This document shows, in pieces, positions 9,654-18,450 of a DNA stretch of 64,000 bases (positions are counted from its first letter, which is position 1; every line of letters begins with the position of its first letter). Under the pieces are notes generated by a model that saw only the letters and a list, made by a program, of their open reading frames with translations, did no database searches and was not told where the DNA came from. Made by a program: the position numbers and the translations under genes. Where the stretch lies: NCBI GenBank assembly GCA_965215275.1, contig OZ244044.1, positions 1,797,561 to 1,861,560 of the forward strand, read 5' to 3'. The stretch is from Thermodesulfobacteriota bacterium (GTDB taxonomy: Bacteria; Desulfobacterota_D; UBA1144; Nemesobacterales; JAJCZQ01).

Positions 9654-11200
9654 GCATGGACAGCGGTACTGTCAGGAACTGGGGATTGGTCGGGCTGTTT
9701 ACCTTTGTAAGCAGGCTGATCGGCTATGTCAGGGACGTTATAATCGTTTATTTTTTCGGTGCTTCATATCAGACCGATGCATTTTACGTTGCGTTCAGGA
9801 TACCTAACCTTCTAAGGCGTCTGTTTGCGGAAGGGTCGATCACGGTAGCGTTCGTACCGATATTTACCAGATATCTGAACAAGGGGAAGAGTTCGGCCAG
9901 GGACGCTCTCAATTCAGTATTTACGGTCCTTTTCCTTGTAGTTTTTGCCGTATCGGTACTGGGAGTGATATTTTCTCCTTTGATAGTAAAGATATTCGCC
10001 TACGGATTTGATGAAAGGACCATGAACCTGGCGGTTGAGTTAAACCGTATCGTGTTCCCCTATATTCTGTTTATATCCCTTGCTTCGCTCGCAATGGGCA
10101 TTTTGAACTCCTTAAAGCACTTTTTTGCCCCGGCTTTTTCCCCGGTCCTTTTCAATCTGGCAATAATAGGGAGCATTGCTCTTTTTTACGGATTTTTTGA
10201 AAAACCGATAACTGCACTTGCGGTGGGCGTCTGTACAGGCGGATTACTTCAACTGGCGATCAACGTACCTTTTCTGATCAGAAAAAGGTACATGTTCAGG
10301 TTCACTGCCAAGCTGAATCATCCTGCGGTAAAAAGCATGGCGCTGCTGATGGTCCCGCAGCTTTTTGGAATAGCCGTTTACAATCTGAACATCATTGTAA
10401 ATACGCAGTACGCCTCGTTTATGCCCAGCGGAACGGTCACGTTCCTGTATCTTTCGGAAAGGCTGATCGAGTTCCCTCTTGGGATCATAGCCGTTTCTAT
10501 TGCCACCGTGATGTTACCGAGACTGTCCCAGGACATTGCAGGTGGTAACATGGATGCCTTCAGAAAAGGTTATGCCTATTCACTGAGGTTAATGATGTTC
10601 ATTATCGTTCCCTGCCTCTTCGGACTGATTGCCCTCAGGGTACCGATCTGTTCAGTGCTTTTTGAAAGAGGGGAGTTTACAAGGGACGAGGTAATATGGA
10701 CGGCACACGCTCTTTTGGGATATTCGGTGGGGTTATGGGCAGTTGGCGGGCTCAGGATCACGGTGCCGGCGTTCTATGCACTGAGGGATACTAGAACGCC
10801 CGTTACGGTGGCGTTCATTGCATTTGTTACAAATGCGGTCCTGGGCTATTTTCTGGGACTTTACCTGTCTCTTTATCAGTTTGGTCTGGCCCTGGCGAGT
10901 TCCATTTCCGCCACTGTAAATTTTCTTTTACTTATATATCTTCTTAACAGGCGTACGAAAAACCTTCTTTCCCGTGGGTCCGCAGGTTTTGCCGTGAAGA
11001 CGGTCGCCTTTTCAGTGATAATGGGCCTTGCGGCATGGAAGGCCTCTCAGTACGTAAACTGGACCGGTAACGAAACGTACTTGAACGTTTTGTTCCTGGT
11101 GCTGATCATTTTATTATCGCTTGCTGTCTACTGTGGTTTGTCAAAAATGTTTAACGTCAGGGAACTGAACGACCTGAGGGAGATGATACCCAGGAAGTAA
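9650..11200 (+). CDS. murJ: lipid II flippase MurJ (MviN)
   Basis: 516 aa, polytopic membrane protein; N-terminal GLVGLFTFVSRLIGYVRDVIIVYFFGAS...AFYVAFRIPNLLRRLFAEGS is the MurJ signature. Confidence 0.9.
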   Translation: MSMDSGTVRNWGLVGLFTFVSRLIGYVRDVIIVYFFGASYQTDAFYVAFRIPNLLRRLFAEGSITVAFVPIFTRYLNKGKSSARDALNSVFTVLFLVVFAVSVLGVIFSPLIVKIFAYGFDERTMNLAVELNRIVFPYILFISLASLAMGILNSLKHFFAPAFSPVLFNLAIIGSIALFYGFFEKPITALAVGVCTGGLLQLAINVPFLIRKRYMFRFTAKLNHPAVKSMALLMVPQLFGIAVYNLNIIVNTQYASFMPSGTVTFLYLSERLIEFPLGIIAVSIATVMLPRLSQDIAGGNMDAFRKGYAYSLRLMMFIIVPCLFGLIALRVPICSVLFERGEFTRDEVIWTAHALLGYSVGLWAVGGLRITVPAFYALRDTRTPVTVAFIAFVTNAVLGYFLGLYLSLYQFGLALASSISATVNFLLLIYLLNRRTKNLLSRGSAGFAVKTVAFSVIMGLAAWKASQYVNWTGNETYLNVLFLVLIILLSLAVYCGLSKMFNVRELNDLREMIPRK

Positions 11201-11244
11201 TGGGGTGGTGCTTGGTGCTGAATTAAGTACTGGTTTTTCGGATC

Positions 11245-11898
11245 ATGAAAAATACCGTTTTTTTAAGTCCCGTACGTCTGGACGAATTAGAGGTCAAATA
11301 TGCAGAGATGCTTGAAGATGATCCTGCCTCAGACTGTTTTGTCCCGCTTTCGCAGCTGTTGATAACGAGAAGAAAAACGGATGAGGCCCTAAAAGTACTC
11401 AGCAGAGGAGTTCGGCACGATAAGGAGAACGTTACGGCAAGGTATTTACTGGGAAAGATATATTTTGAGCGGTGGATGGTAGATAAAGCCAGAAAAGAGC
11501 TTGAGATGGCAGTGAAACTGGACCCTGGCAACATTGATGCTTCAAAAGTGCTGCTGCAGATATATTCAAGCAGGGGAGATCTTGAAACTGCCCTGGACCT
11601 TGCAAGGAACCTGTGTTTCTGCCATCCTAATAACAAAGAGATCAGAGACCTTTTTGATCAGGTCAAAGGGATCGGTCCTGCCGGCAAGGACGGGAGACGG
11701 AACTTCCGTTCGGCTGTTTATCTGAAGGAGAACGAAAGCTGCCAAGGTAACGACCTTGCAACTGAAACGCTTGCGGATTTATATTCTGATCAGGGACATT
11801 ATGATAAGGCGGTTAAAATATTAGATATACTTCTGAAGCAGGATCCATTTAATATGAAACTGTTACAAAAAAGGCAGAAGACAGAAAGCCTTAAATAA
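11245..11898 (+). CDS. tetratricopeptide-repeat (TPR) protein
   Basis: 217 aa with repeated A/L/Y-rich 34-residue TPR-like helical units (LLGKIYFERW..., LLQIYSSRGD..., LADLYSDQGHYDKA). Confidence 0.6.
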   Translation: MKNTVFLSPVRLDELEVKYAEMLEDDPASDCFVPLSQLLITRRKTDEALKVLSRGVRHDKENVTARYLLGKIYFERWMVDKARKELEMAVKLDPGNIDASKVLLQIYSSRGDLETALDLARNLCFCHPNNKEIRDLFDQVKGIGPAGKDGRRNFRSAVYLKENESCQGNDLATETLADLYSDQGHYDKAVKILDILLKQDPFNMKLLQKRQKTESLK

Positions 11899-11907
11899 GT
11901 ACAGATC

Positions 11908-12402
11908 GTGCAAGGGAGGAACATATTGAAAATATTAATTATAAACGGTCCGAATCTTAACATGCTCGGAAAAAGAGAGACGGATATCTATGGCAGCGTC
12001 AAGTTGGAGGATATAGACAGGTTACTGACGGACGAGTCCAAGAGCATTGATGAGAACCTGGTCCTGGAATTCTTTCAGTCGAATTCAGAAGGTGAAATAG
12101 TAGGTCATATTCAGCTTGCTCTTGACAGCTGTGACGGGATACTGATCAATCCCGCTGCTTACACCCACACGAGCGTGGCAATTCGTGATGCGTTACTGTC
12201 CACCGGACTTCCGGTGGTCGAGGTACATATTTCCAATATTTTTAAGCGAGAGGAGTTCAGGCACAGGTCCTTTGTGTCAGAGGTCTGCGTTGGAGTGATC
12301 TCCGGGTTCGGAGTGGATAGTTATTTACTGGGGCTCAGGGGGCTGTATAATTTTATCCGTTATTCTGGCGACAGGGCCGAAAGTGACCCGGTACGGGATT
12401 AA
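11908..12402 (+). CDS. aroQ: 3-dehydroquinate dehydratase, type II
   Basis: 164 aa; [16 protein letters not shown]...IYG and HISN motifs are typical of AroQ. Confidence 0.88.
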   Translation: MQGRNILKILIINGPNLNMLGKRETDIYGSVKLEDIDRLLTDESKSIDENLVLEFFQSNSEGEIVGHIQLALDSCDGILINPAAYTHTSVAIRDALLSTGLPVVEVHISNIFKREEFRHRSFVSEVCVGVISGFGVDSYLLGLRGLYNFIRYSGDRAESDPVRD

Positions 12403-12479
12403 AAAAGTGAAAGCACCTGAAAACCTTTCAGTTTTATCTGCAGGTCCGTTATCACCGGGCATAATGGACGGCTTTTTGT

Positions 12480-14225
12480 TTGAGGTACCAAGGGTATAAG
12501 GGCATTATGAAAAATAACTGGCTTCTTGCTAAAGAGAACTCAAAGCTCAGAGGGAAAATTACCCAGCGGACCGATATTTTGCCGGTTACGGCACAACTGC
12601 TGATAAACAGAGGGATCAAAGACGATCTGGAGGCTTCTGATTTTTTAAACCCCAGGTTGTTCGATCTCCCCTCACCGTTTCTGATGAAGGACATGGACGT
12701 TGCGGTCAGAAGACTTTACAAAGCACTGATAAACGGCGAGAAGGTTGCCATATACGGCGATTATGACGTTGACGGAGTAACGTCCACTTCGCTGTTTTAC
12801 GGTTTTGCACACCAGCTTGGTATGAACGTCGTGGCCTACAATCCAGACAGAATAAGTGAAGGATATGGAATTAATACTGAAGCAGTTAAGCAGCTTGCCG
12901 AGCAGGGAGTGACTTTGATCGTTTCCGCTGATTGTGGTATAACGGCACACCATGAGGTTGAATTTGCCAGGGAACGCGGAGCTGATTTTATCATTACCGA
13001 TCATCACCAGCCACCTGACAAGGTTCCAGGCTCCGTGGCAGTATTGAATCCTCAGCAGAAGGACTGTAACTATCCCACCGGAGAAATAACGGGCGTGGGC
13101 GTTGTTTTTAACCTTGTACTGGCCTTCAGACGTTTTTTAAGGGATAAAGGGTTCTTTAAGGATGGAGAGCCGAGAGAGCCGAACCTCGCTGACTGTCTGG
13201 ACCTTGTTGCACTTGGAACGGTCGCTGACTGTGCACCGCTTCTCAACGTCAACAGGATCATGGTCAAGGAAGGGATTAAAAGGATAGCTAATTCCAGAAG
13301 ACCGGGAATAAGGGCTTTGAAAGACGTCAGTGGTTTAAGGGACCGGGTGAGTTCCTATGATCTGGGTTTTAAACTTGCTCCCAGGATAAACGCCGTGGGA
13401 AGGCTTAAAAGTTCACGGGCAGCCATTGACCTTTTAACCACGGACGACCCTGAGGTGGCAAAAAGCCTTGCCGTGGGCCTGGATAAGGAAAATACAGACA
13501 GAAAGATCATTGAGAAAAGCGTACTGGACGAAGCGATCAGAATGTACGAGACGAACGATAGCTTTAAAAAGAGCGGTTCGATCGTTCTGTCCTCGGACAG
13601 ATGGCACCAGGGGGTCATCGGTATAGTGGCTTCAAGGCTGAGTGAGCTGTACAGAAAGCCGACTTTCCTGATCGCCCTTGATGACAGCGGATCAGGCAAA
13701 GGTTCGGGCAGGAGCATAGAAGGAATAAATATTTATAGTATACTCTCGGAGATCGGGGAGGTGTTTGAAAGTTACGGCGGGCATGAACAGGCAGCCGGCA
13801 TAACTATAAAAAAAGACAGAATAGAGGATTTCAGAAAGCTTTTTTCAAAGGCCGTTTCAAAGATCAGGGTGGCTCGGGACAGGGTAATAAATATAGATAT
13901 GGAACTTGAACTGGACAGGATCGATCTGCCGCTGCTGAAAGAGATCCAGCGCCTTGCTCCTTTCGGCGTTGGTAATCCGGAGCCTGTCTTTATGGTCAGC
14001 GAAGTAAATATAGAGAATCAGAGACTGATCAAAGGGCAGCATTTTAATGCACTGATAAGCAACGGAAGGTCCTCTCTTGATGCGGTGTGGTTCTACGCTG
14101 ATAATAAAACTGAACTGCCAGAGGTTGCCGATGTTATCTTTACTCCTAAAATAGACACGTGGAACGGTGACGAGAGGATAAAACTTCATATTAAAGACGT
14201 TCACCGGAGAGATGAAGGCGGATAA
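12480..14225 (+). CDS. recJ: single-stranded-DNA-specific exonuclease RecJ
   Basis: 581 aa with DHH motifs (GDYDVDGVTS, DHHQPP) and a DHHA1 region. Confidence 0.88.
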   Translation: MRYQGYKGIMKNNWLLAKENSKLRGKITQRTDILPVTAQLLINRGIKDDLEASDFLNPRLFDLPSPFLMKDMDVAVRRLYKALINGEKVAIYGDYDVDGVTSTSLFYGFAHQLGMNVVAYNPDRISEGYGINTEAVKQLAEQGVTLIVSADCGITAHHEVEFARERGADFIITDHHQPPDKVPGSVAVLNPQQKDCNYPTGEITGVGVVFNLVLAFRRFLRDKGFFKDGEPREPNLADCLDLVALGTVADCAPLLNVNRIMVKEGIKRIANSRRPGIRALKDVSGLRDRVSSYDLGFKLAPRINAVGRLKSSRAAIDLLTTDDPEVAKSLAVGLDKENTDRKIIEKSVLDEAIRMYETNDSFKKSGSIVLSSDRWHQGVIGIVASRLSELYRKPTFLIALDDSGSGKGSGRSIEGINIYSILSEIGEVFESYGGHEQAAGITIKKDRIEDFRKLFSKAVSKIRVARDRVINIDMELELDRIDLPLLKEIQRLAPFGVGNPEPVFMVSEVNIENQRLIKGQHFNALISNGRSSLDAVWFYADNKTELPEVADVIFTPKIDTWNGDERIKLHIKDVHRRDEGG

Positions 14226-14304
14226 ACGTGCCTTTATAATGCTTGGTTTATATGATACTGTCTTCTGCGTTCATAACTGATAATGTTATTTAAGAGGTTC
14301 TCCA

Positions 14305-15057
14305 TTGTATCCTAATCTCATTGAATTCAGTTCCTTTCATATCTCATCCTTTTACGTAATGGTGCTGGCAGCCTCTCTTGTTGCTTACTACGTATGTGAG
14401 AAAGACCTGGTCAGAAGAGGGAAAGATAAAAGTACTGCTGATATAGTGCTGATCGCCAGCTTTATAGGCGGGATGGTGGGTGCAAAGCTGCTTTTTTTGT
14501 ATCAGAATGTGGCGTTTTCAGAGGTGGTCCAGGACCCGCTCCGCTATTTTTCGTCGGGCTATACGTTCTTTGGCGGGTTTATCGGGGCTTTACTTATGCT
14601 CTATCTGGTGTCTGTATATAAAAAGGTGAGTTTCTGGTACCTGACCGATATTTCTTCAGCTCCGGTCATTATTGCTTATGGAGTAGGCAGGATCGGGTGC
14701 TTACTCGCTGGAGATGATTACGGGGTACCAACGGATGTGCCTTGGGCAATGTCGTTCCCGAACGGTTCTCCTCCTACTCTGGAAAATGTCCATCCAACCC
14801 AGATCTATGATTCGATCAGTATGCTTATCGTGTTTTACTTCCTGTGGAACCTGAAGAGCAGAGGTCGTGCGACCGGTTTCCTTACTTCACTGACCTTTAT
14901 TGTACTTGGTACACAGAGGTTCTTGATGGAGTTTATAAGGAACACCACACCGAGTTCCGTTTATGGATTATCCCAGGCGCAGCTGATAGCCCTGTCTTTG
15001 GTATGTGCAGGTATAATAAAAATGGGAATTATATACTTAACTATGCAAGATAAATGA
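14305..15057 (+). CDS. lgt: prolipoprotein diacylglyceryl transferase
   Basis: 250 aa membrane protein; the Lgt signature G..GRIGCLLAGDDYG is present. Confidence 0.85.
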   Translation: MYPNLIEFSSFHISSFYVMVLAASLVAYYVCEKDLVRRGKDKSTADIVLIASFIGGMVGAKLLFLYQNVAFSEVVQDPLRYFSSGYTFFGGFIGALLMLYLVSVYKKVSFWYLTDISSAPVIIAYGVGRIGCLLAGDDYGVPTDVPWAMSFPNGSPPTLENVHPTQIYDSISMLIVFYFLWNLKSRGRATGFLTSLTFIVLGTQRFLMEFIRNTTPSSVYGLSQAQLIALSLVCAGIIKMGIIYLTMQDK

Positions 15058-15072
15058 CATTAGCATTGTAAA

Positions 15073-15735
15073 TTATACACGAATGGTTTTTTTCAATTCT
15101 CCGTTATACCACTCCCCGCCCATTTCCTTTTTGATATAATTTATTTTAAAATCAATATTATCTTTTAAATCATCTATCATAAGATCTTTATTATTTTTAT
15201 ATACATCTATATCGTTTTGTCCTACGATCTCACCCATGTCTGGACACAACACGCAAAATTCACCATTTCTATTAGAATCAGAAAAAGAATATATTCTGTA
15301 TTTACCTTTATATGTTTCAATCTGTTTTAAATCCTTCATATAATAATCTGGATTATATTTTTCATTTATCATGTAATCACTCCTCCTTTTACTTTCATAT
15401 TTACGGGTAACTCCTTCTTTTTTATCAAGTTCTTTTATTCTATCTAATTGTAATTCAAATTGATTTATCTGATAATCCTTCGCATCGTCCCTTTCTCTGC
15501 CAGACACAGTAAGTACTCCAACCTTTTTACCATATTCTGCATGCTTAAATTTCCTATGACCTCCAGTTCCTTTTATCTTCACATAACCAGCTTTTTTTAT
15601 TCGCTTAATTAACTCCCGAACAGATATAACTGTTTTTCCTTCATAAATATGCTCAACCAATGTTGGTTTACGCTCATAAATCTGTTGAATTCTTGTTAGT
15701 TTATTATCTTCTTCCATATTTTTTCCTTTTATCAA
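15073..15735 (-). CDS. HicA/YcfA-like domain protein with a ~140-aa C-terminal extension of unknown function
   Basis: Residues ~40-100 (VRELIKRIKKAGYVKIKGTGGHRKFKHAEYGKKVGVLTVSGRE) resemble the HicA toxin fold (G-S/G-H-x-x-f-x-H). The remainder has no recognised domain. Confidence 0.45.
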   Translation of the reverse strand: MIKGKNMEEDNKLTRIQQIYERKPTLVEHIYEGKTVISVRELIKRIKKAGYVKIKGTGGHRKFKHAEYGKKVGVLTVSGRERDDAKDYQINQFELQLDRIKELDKKEGVTRKYESKRRSDYMINEKYNPDYYMKDLKQIETYKGKYRIYSFSDSNRNGEFCVLCPDMGEIVGQNDIDVYKNNKDLMIDDLKDNIDFKINYIKKEMGGEWYNGELKKTIRV

Positions 15736-15800
15736 TTTTCTATATTATTCAATAACCTTTATCCTTATATGTAATAGAACAAATTAAAATCAATTATATT

Positions 15801-17075
15801 TTATTTACAATAACCAAGTCTTTTGTTTTCTTTTATAAGTCCTGATAATGTGAATTTGTTGCTCTTCAATTTATTACAGGGTCCACAAAGTAAAATTCTG
15901 TTCGATATATGGTTTAGTCCACCATCAGAACGTGGAGTGTTATGATCTAATTCAAGATATCTCGGGTCATCAAATTGACGGTTGCAACCCTGACATTTGC
16001 TCTCCTCTTGATCTAACAGATATTTAAGCATTTCTGCTCGAGTCATTTTATGACCTTTAGGTTCATCTATCTTTAATTTGGTTTTGAGAAAAGGAACTGC
16101 CTCTTCACCTTTATCTGTTCTAACTGGTAAATCTGAAGTCCAAGTTATATTTTTTCTAAAAAGCTGATGCTGTGTTCCAGAGTATCCTTTTTTCCTACCT
16201 TTTACTATTAAGCCTTGCTTTTCAAACAAACCAAGAATTACATCCTTAGCCTTATCCCATATATCAATTCCTACCCACTGCCTGTTTAGTTTTTCAGAAG
16301 CTACTAATGTAGTTCCACATCCACAAAAAGGGTCTAATACTATATCTCCTTCATTAGAAGATGCTTTTATTATACGTTCATATAATGCTGGAGGTTTTTG
16401 TGTAGGATAACCTATTCGTTCTTTTGCTACAGCATTTAAACTATCAATTATCCAAGTGTCATGACATATTCTTCCTCTATCTAAATAATACTTATACTCT
16501 TTGCTGTCTATTTTTCTTATACGATATGCTCTACCATCTTTATCTACTTTATCAAAATGGTTGGATTTTTCCTCTCGGTATGGTTCATATTGTGGATTAA
16601 ATATCTTATTTTTGGTTTTACTATAAAACAGTATTATATCATGTTTTTTACTGAACGACTTCTTACTTGCCCCGCCAGTATTGTATTTCCACACTATTTC
16701 ATTAACAAAGTTTTTATATCCAAAAATAGCGTCCATAATGGCTTTTATATAATGACTTGCTGTTGGATCACAGTGCAGATAAATACTTCCATCTTTTCGT
16801 AGTATCCTTTTCATCTCTAATAAACGAACAGCCATGAAACAGACAAACGCACCCATTCCGTCCGAATGAGCATTTCTTGCACTTTCTATAGCTTCCATGA
16901 GTTCTGGAAAATCATCAGTTATTTTATCAACCCACTCTTGATGAACATCCCTGTCCCAAGACCATCTGTCCTGAAAAGAAGCACCAGAAGATAAACTATC
17001 AGGTGTAGCATGAAAATCTCTATTTTTGTTAAAAGGAGGGTCAGTTGCAATTAAATGAACAGATTCGCTGTTCAT
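15801..17075 (-). CDS. beta-class DNA N6-adenine/N4-cytosine methyltransferase fused to a C-terminal HNH zinc-finger nuclease. As annotated this is an N-truncated form; the full-length ORF would start at 17155 if the G9 tract were G10
   Basis: Motif IV DPPF sits at residues 12-15 and motif I LDPFCGCGTT follows it. C-terminus CQGCN...DHN...H...N...CGPCN is an HNH motif. The in-frame upstream sequence encodes the conserved LFHGDNLDFLRA segment but has no start codon in this frame. Confidence 0.8.
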   Translation of the reverse strand: MNSESVHLIATDPPFNKNRDFHATPDSLSSGASFQDRWSWDRDVHQEWVDKITDDFPELMEAIESARNAHSDGMGAFVCFMAVRLLEMKRILRKDGSIYLHCDPTASHYIKAIMDAIFGYKNFVNEIVWKYNTGGASKKSFSKKHDIILFYSKTKNKIFNPQYEPYREEKSNHFDKVDKDGRAYRIRKIDSKEYKYYLDRGRICHDTWIIDSLNAVAKERIGYPTQKPPALYERIIKASSNEGDIVLDPFCGCGTTLVASEKLNRQWVGIDIWDKAKDVILGLFEKQGLIVKGRKKGYSGTQHQLFRKNITWTSDLPVRTDKGEEAVPFLKTKLKIDEPKGHKMTRAEMLKYLLDQEESKCQGCNRQFDDPRYLELDHNTPRSDGGLNHISNRILLCGPCNKLKSNKFTLSGLIKENKRLGYCK

Positions 17076-17133
17076 TGCTCGGAGAAAATCTAAATTGTCT
17101 CCGTGAAATAAAGTGCGATTCTGCCAATTTGAT

Positions 17134-17142
17134 GGGGGGGGG
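17134..17142. repeat. G9 homopolymer (C9 on the coding strand) in the 5' region of the methyltransferase-HNH gene; candidate phase-variation tract
   Basis: With G10 the ATG at 17155 reads MKASTPPPSNWQNRTLFHGDNLDFLRAMNSESVHLIATDPPF in one frame. With G9 that frame stops after ~20 codons. Confidence 0.7.
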
Positions 17143-17167
17143 TGGAGGCTTTCATAGTCGTTTGTTC

Positions 17168-17380
17168 TTAGCGTTTACGCTTTTTGTCTGATCTATTTTT
17201 ATTCAATAACCGAACTTTATCGTTTTCTTTCTTTACTTGATCAGATTGCTTTCTTGGAGTAAATAAAGCACGAGCTATTTGCTCTGGTGAAACATCAACA
17301 GGCGGTAGTAGATAAGCATGCCTCTTGGTCATTGCATCCTCCTTAACAACATTATTACATACTAAATAACCATTAAGCAA
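17168..17380 (-). CDS. small basic protein (70 aa), translationally coupled to the transposase
   Basis: 8-bp overlap with the upstream transposase ORF; Lys/Arg-rich C-terminus. Confidence 0.4.
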   Translation of the reverse strand: MLNGYLVCNNVVKEDAMTKRHAYLLPPVDVSPEQIARALFTPRKQSDQVKKENDKVRLLNKNRSDKKRKR

Positions 17381-18317
17381 TTAAATCTTCATACTTCAAA
17401 CGTTTTCCGATCATTGAAGCGTATATCTCTTGCATCATTTTTTCAGTATCGTATTTCCGCAAGTTGTGCCGATTGGCAAATTCATTAACGTATCTATGTA
17501 GATGTTTAGGACTAATATGGTGAAAGGTCCCGTAATACCCTCTTTTTAGTAAAGCCCAGAAAGATTCTACACCGTTAATATGAGCTTGTTTGTTTACAAA
17601 TTCTCCAACGCTGTGTTTTACCGTCTTATGATTAAAACTCATACCTTCATAGCTCTTATAATCGTCTGTATAAACCGTTGAATTACCATCTACATGTTTA
17701 CCGATAAATTCTTGCAAACTTGATTTGTCGGTATTATTAACAACAGATGCACTTATATTGTTTGTGTTTCTATCTTTTACACCAACTACAGCCGTCTTGC
17801 CAACGACCCCACGACCTGCTTTTAGCTTTTTGCTTGAATGTTTATTTTGTTCAAGACCACCAAAATATGCTTCATCCACTTCTACGGGACCTGACATCTT
17901 ACCACCCATATTCATCCAAGCCTCACGTAACCTTTGAGCCATGAAATAAGCAGATTTCTGTGTTATTTTTAAATCTCTGTAAAGTTTCATGCTGGATACA
18001 CCTTTTAATGAAGTGGACCATAAGAAAATAGCAATAACCCACTTTTGATAACTGATCTTCGATCTTTCCATTAAACTACCAATACGAACACTGAAATTGC
18101 GTCTGCAATCACCACACCAATATGGCATAGGTTTTCCAGAAGGAACTTTACTCACTTTTACACTACCGCATCTAGGACAATGTAAATGCTTGTTATCTTT
18201 TCCCCAACGTTGCTCTTCAAACCACTGTTCTGCAACTTCATTATTAGGGAATTTCTTAAATAACTCTATAAGTGATATTCCTTTACGATAATGTTTTCCA
18301 GGTGCTTTATATGACAT
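17373..18317 (-). CDS. IS1595-family (ISXO2-like) DDE transposase
   Basis: N-terminal zinc ribbon HCPRCGS...CGDCRR, then an ISXO2-like DDE domain (VYTDDYKSYEG..., FHHISPKHLHRYVNEFA). Confidence 0.8.
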   Translation of the reverse strand: MSYKAPGKHYRKGISLIELFKKFPNNEVAEQWFEEQRWGKDNKHLHCPRCGSVKVSKVPSGKPMPYWCGDCRRNFSVRIGSLMERSKISYQKWVIAIFLWSTSLKGVSSMKLYRDLKITQKSAYFMAQRLREAWMNMGGKMSGPVEVDEAYFGGLEQNKHSSKKLKAGRGVVGKTAVVGVKDRNTNNISASVVNNTDKSSLQEFIGKHVDGNSTVYTDDYKSYEGMSFNHKTVKHSVGEFVNKQAHINGVESFWALLKRGYYGTFHHISPKHLHRYVNEFANRHNLRKYDTEKMMQEIYASMIGKRLKYEDLIA

Positions 18318-18450
18318 ACTATTTATCCTCTTGATTATTGATTTTATAGTATTATACTATCATACAAACCTTGCATAGTCAAGTATATAATTCCCATAAA
18401 AATAGTACTGATATCATCAGGAAAGAAAGAGGAAAGGGCAGGTTGATCAT

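Larger units (their letters stand above)
15060..18420. mobile_element. AT-rich horizontally acquired island (IS1595-type transposase + small ORF + methyltransferase-HNH fusion + HicA-like protein) inserted between lgt and trkA
   Basis: Base composition drops sharply relative to both flanks. Four tightly packed minus-strand genes; the first is a DDE transposase. Confidence 0.6.

Noticed and set aside
11223-11636. 137-aa minus-strand ORF overlapping the TPR gene, plus similar antisense ORFs inside recJ, fusA, glmM, ftsH, ftsK, ahcY and others
   Set aside because: Embedded in opposite-strand genes of known family. Ser/Leu/Arg-rich translations typical of antisense frames.
17134-17142. Possibility that both long G tracts are simply homopolymer sequencing errors
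   Set aside because: Cannot be excluded from sequence alone. Retained as findings because both tracts sit exactly where a length change toggles a methyltransferase reading frame, and the flanking coding potential on both sides is conserved.
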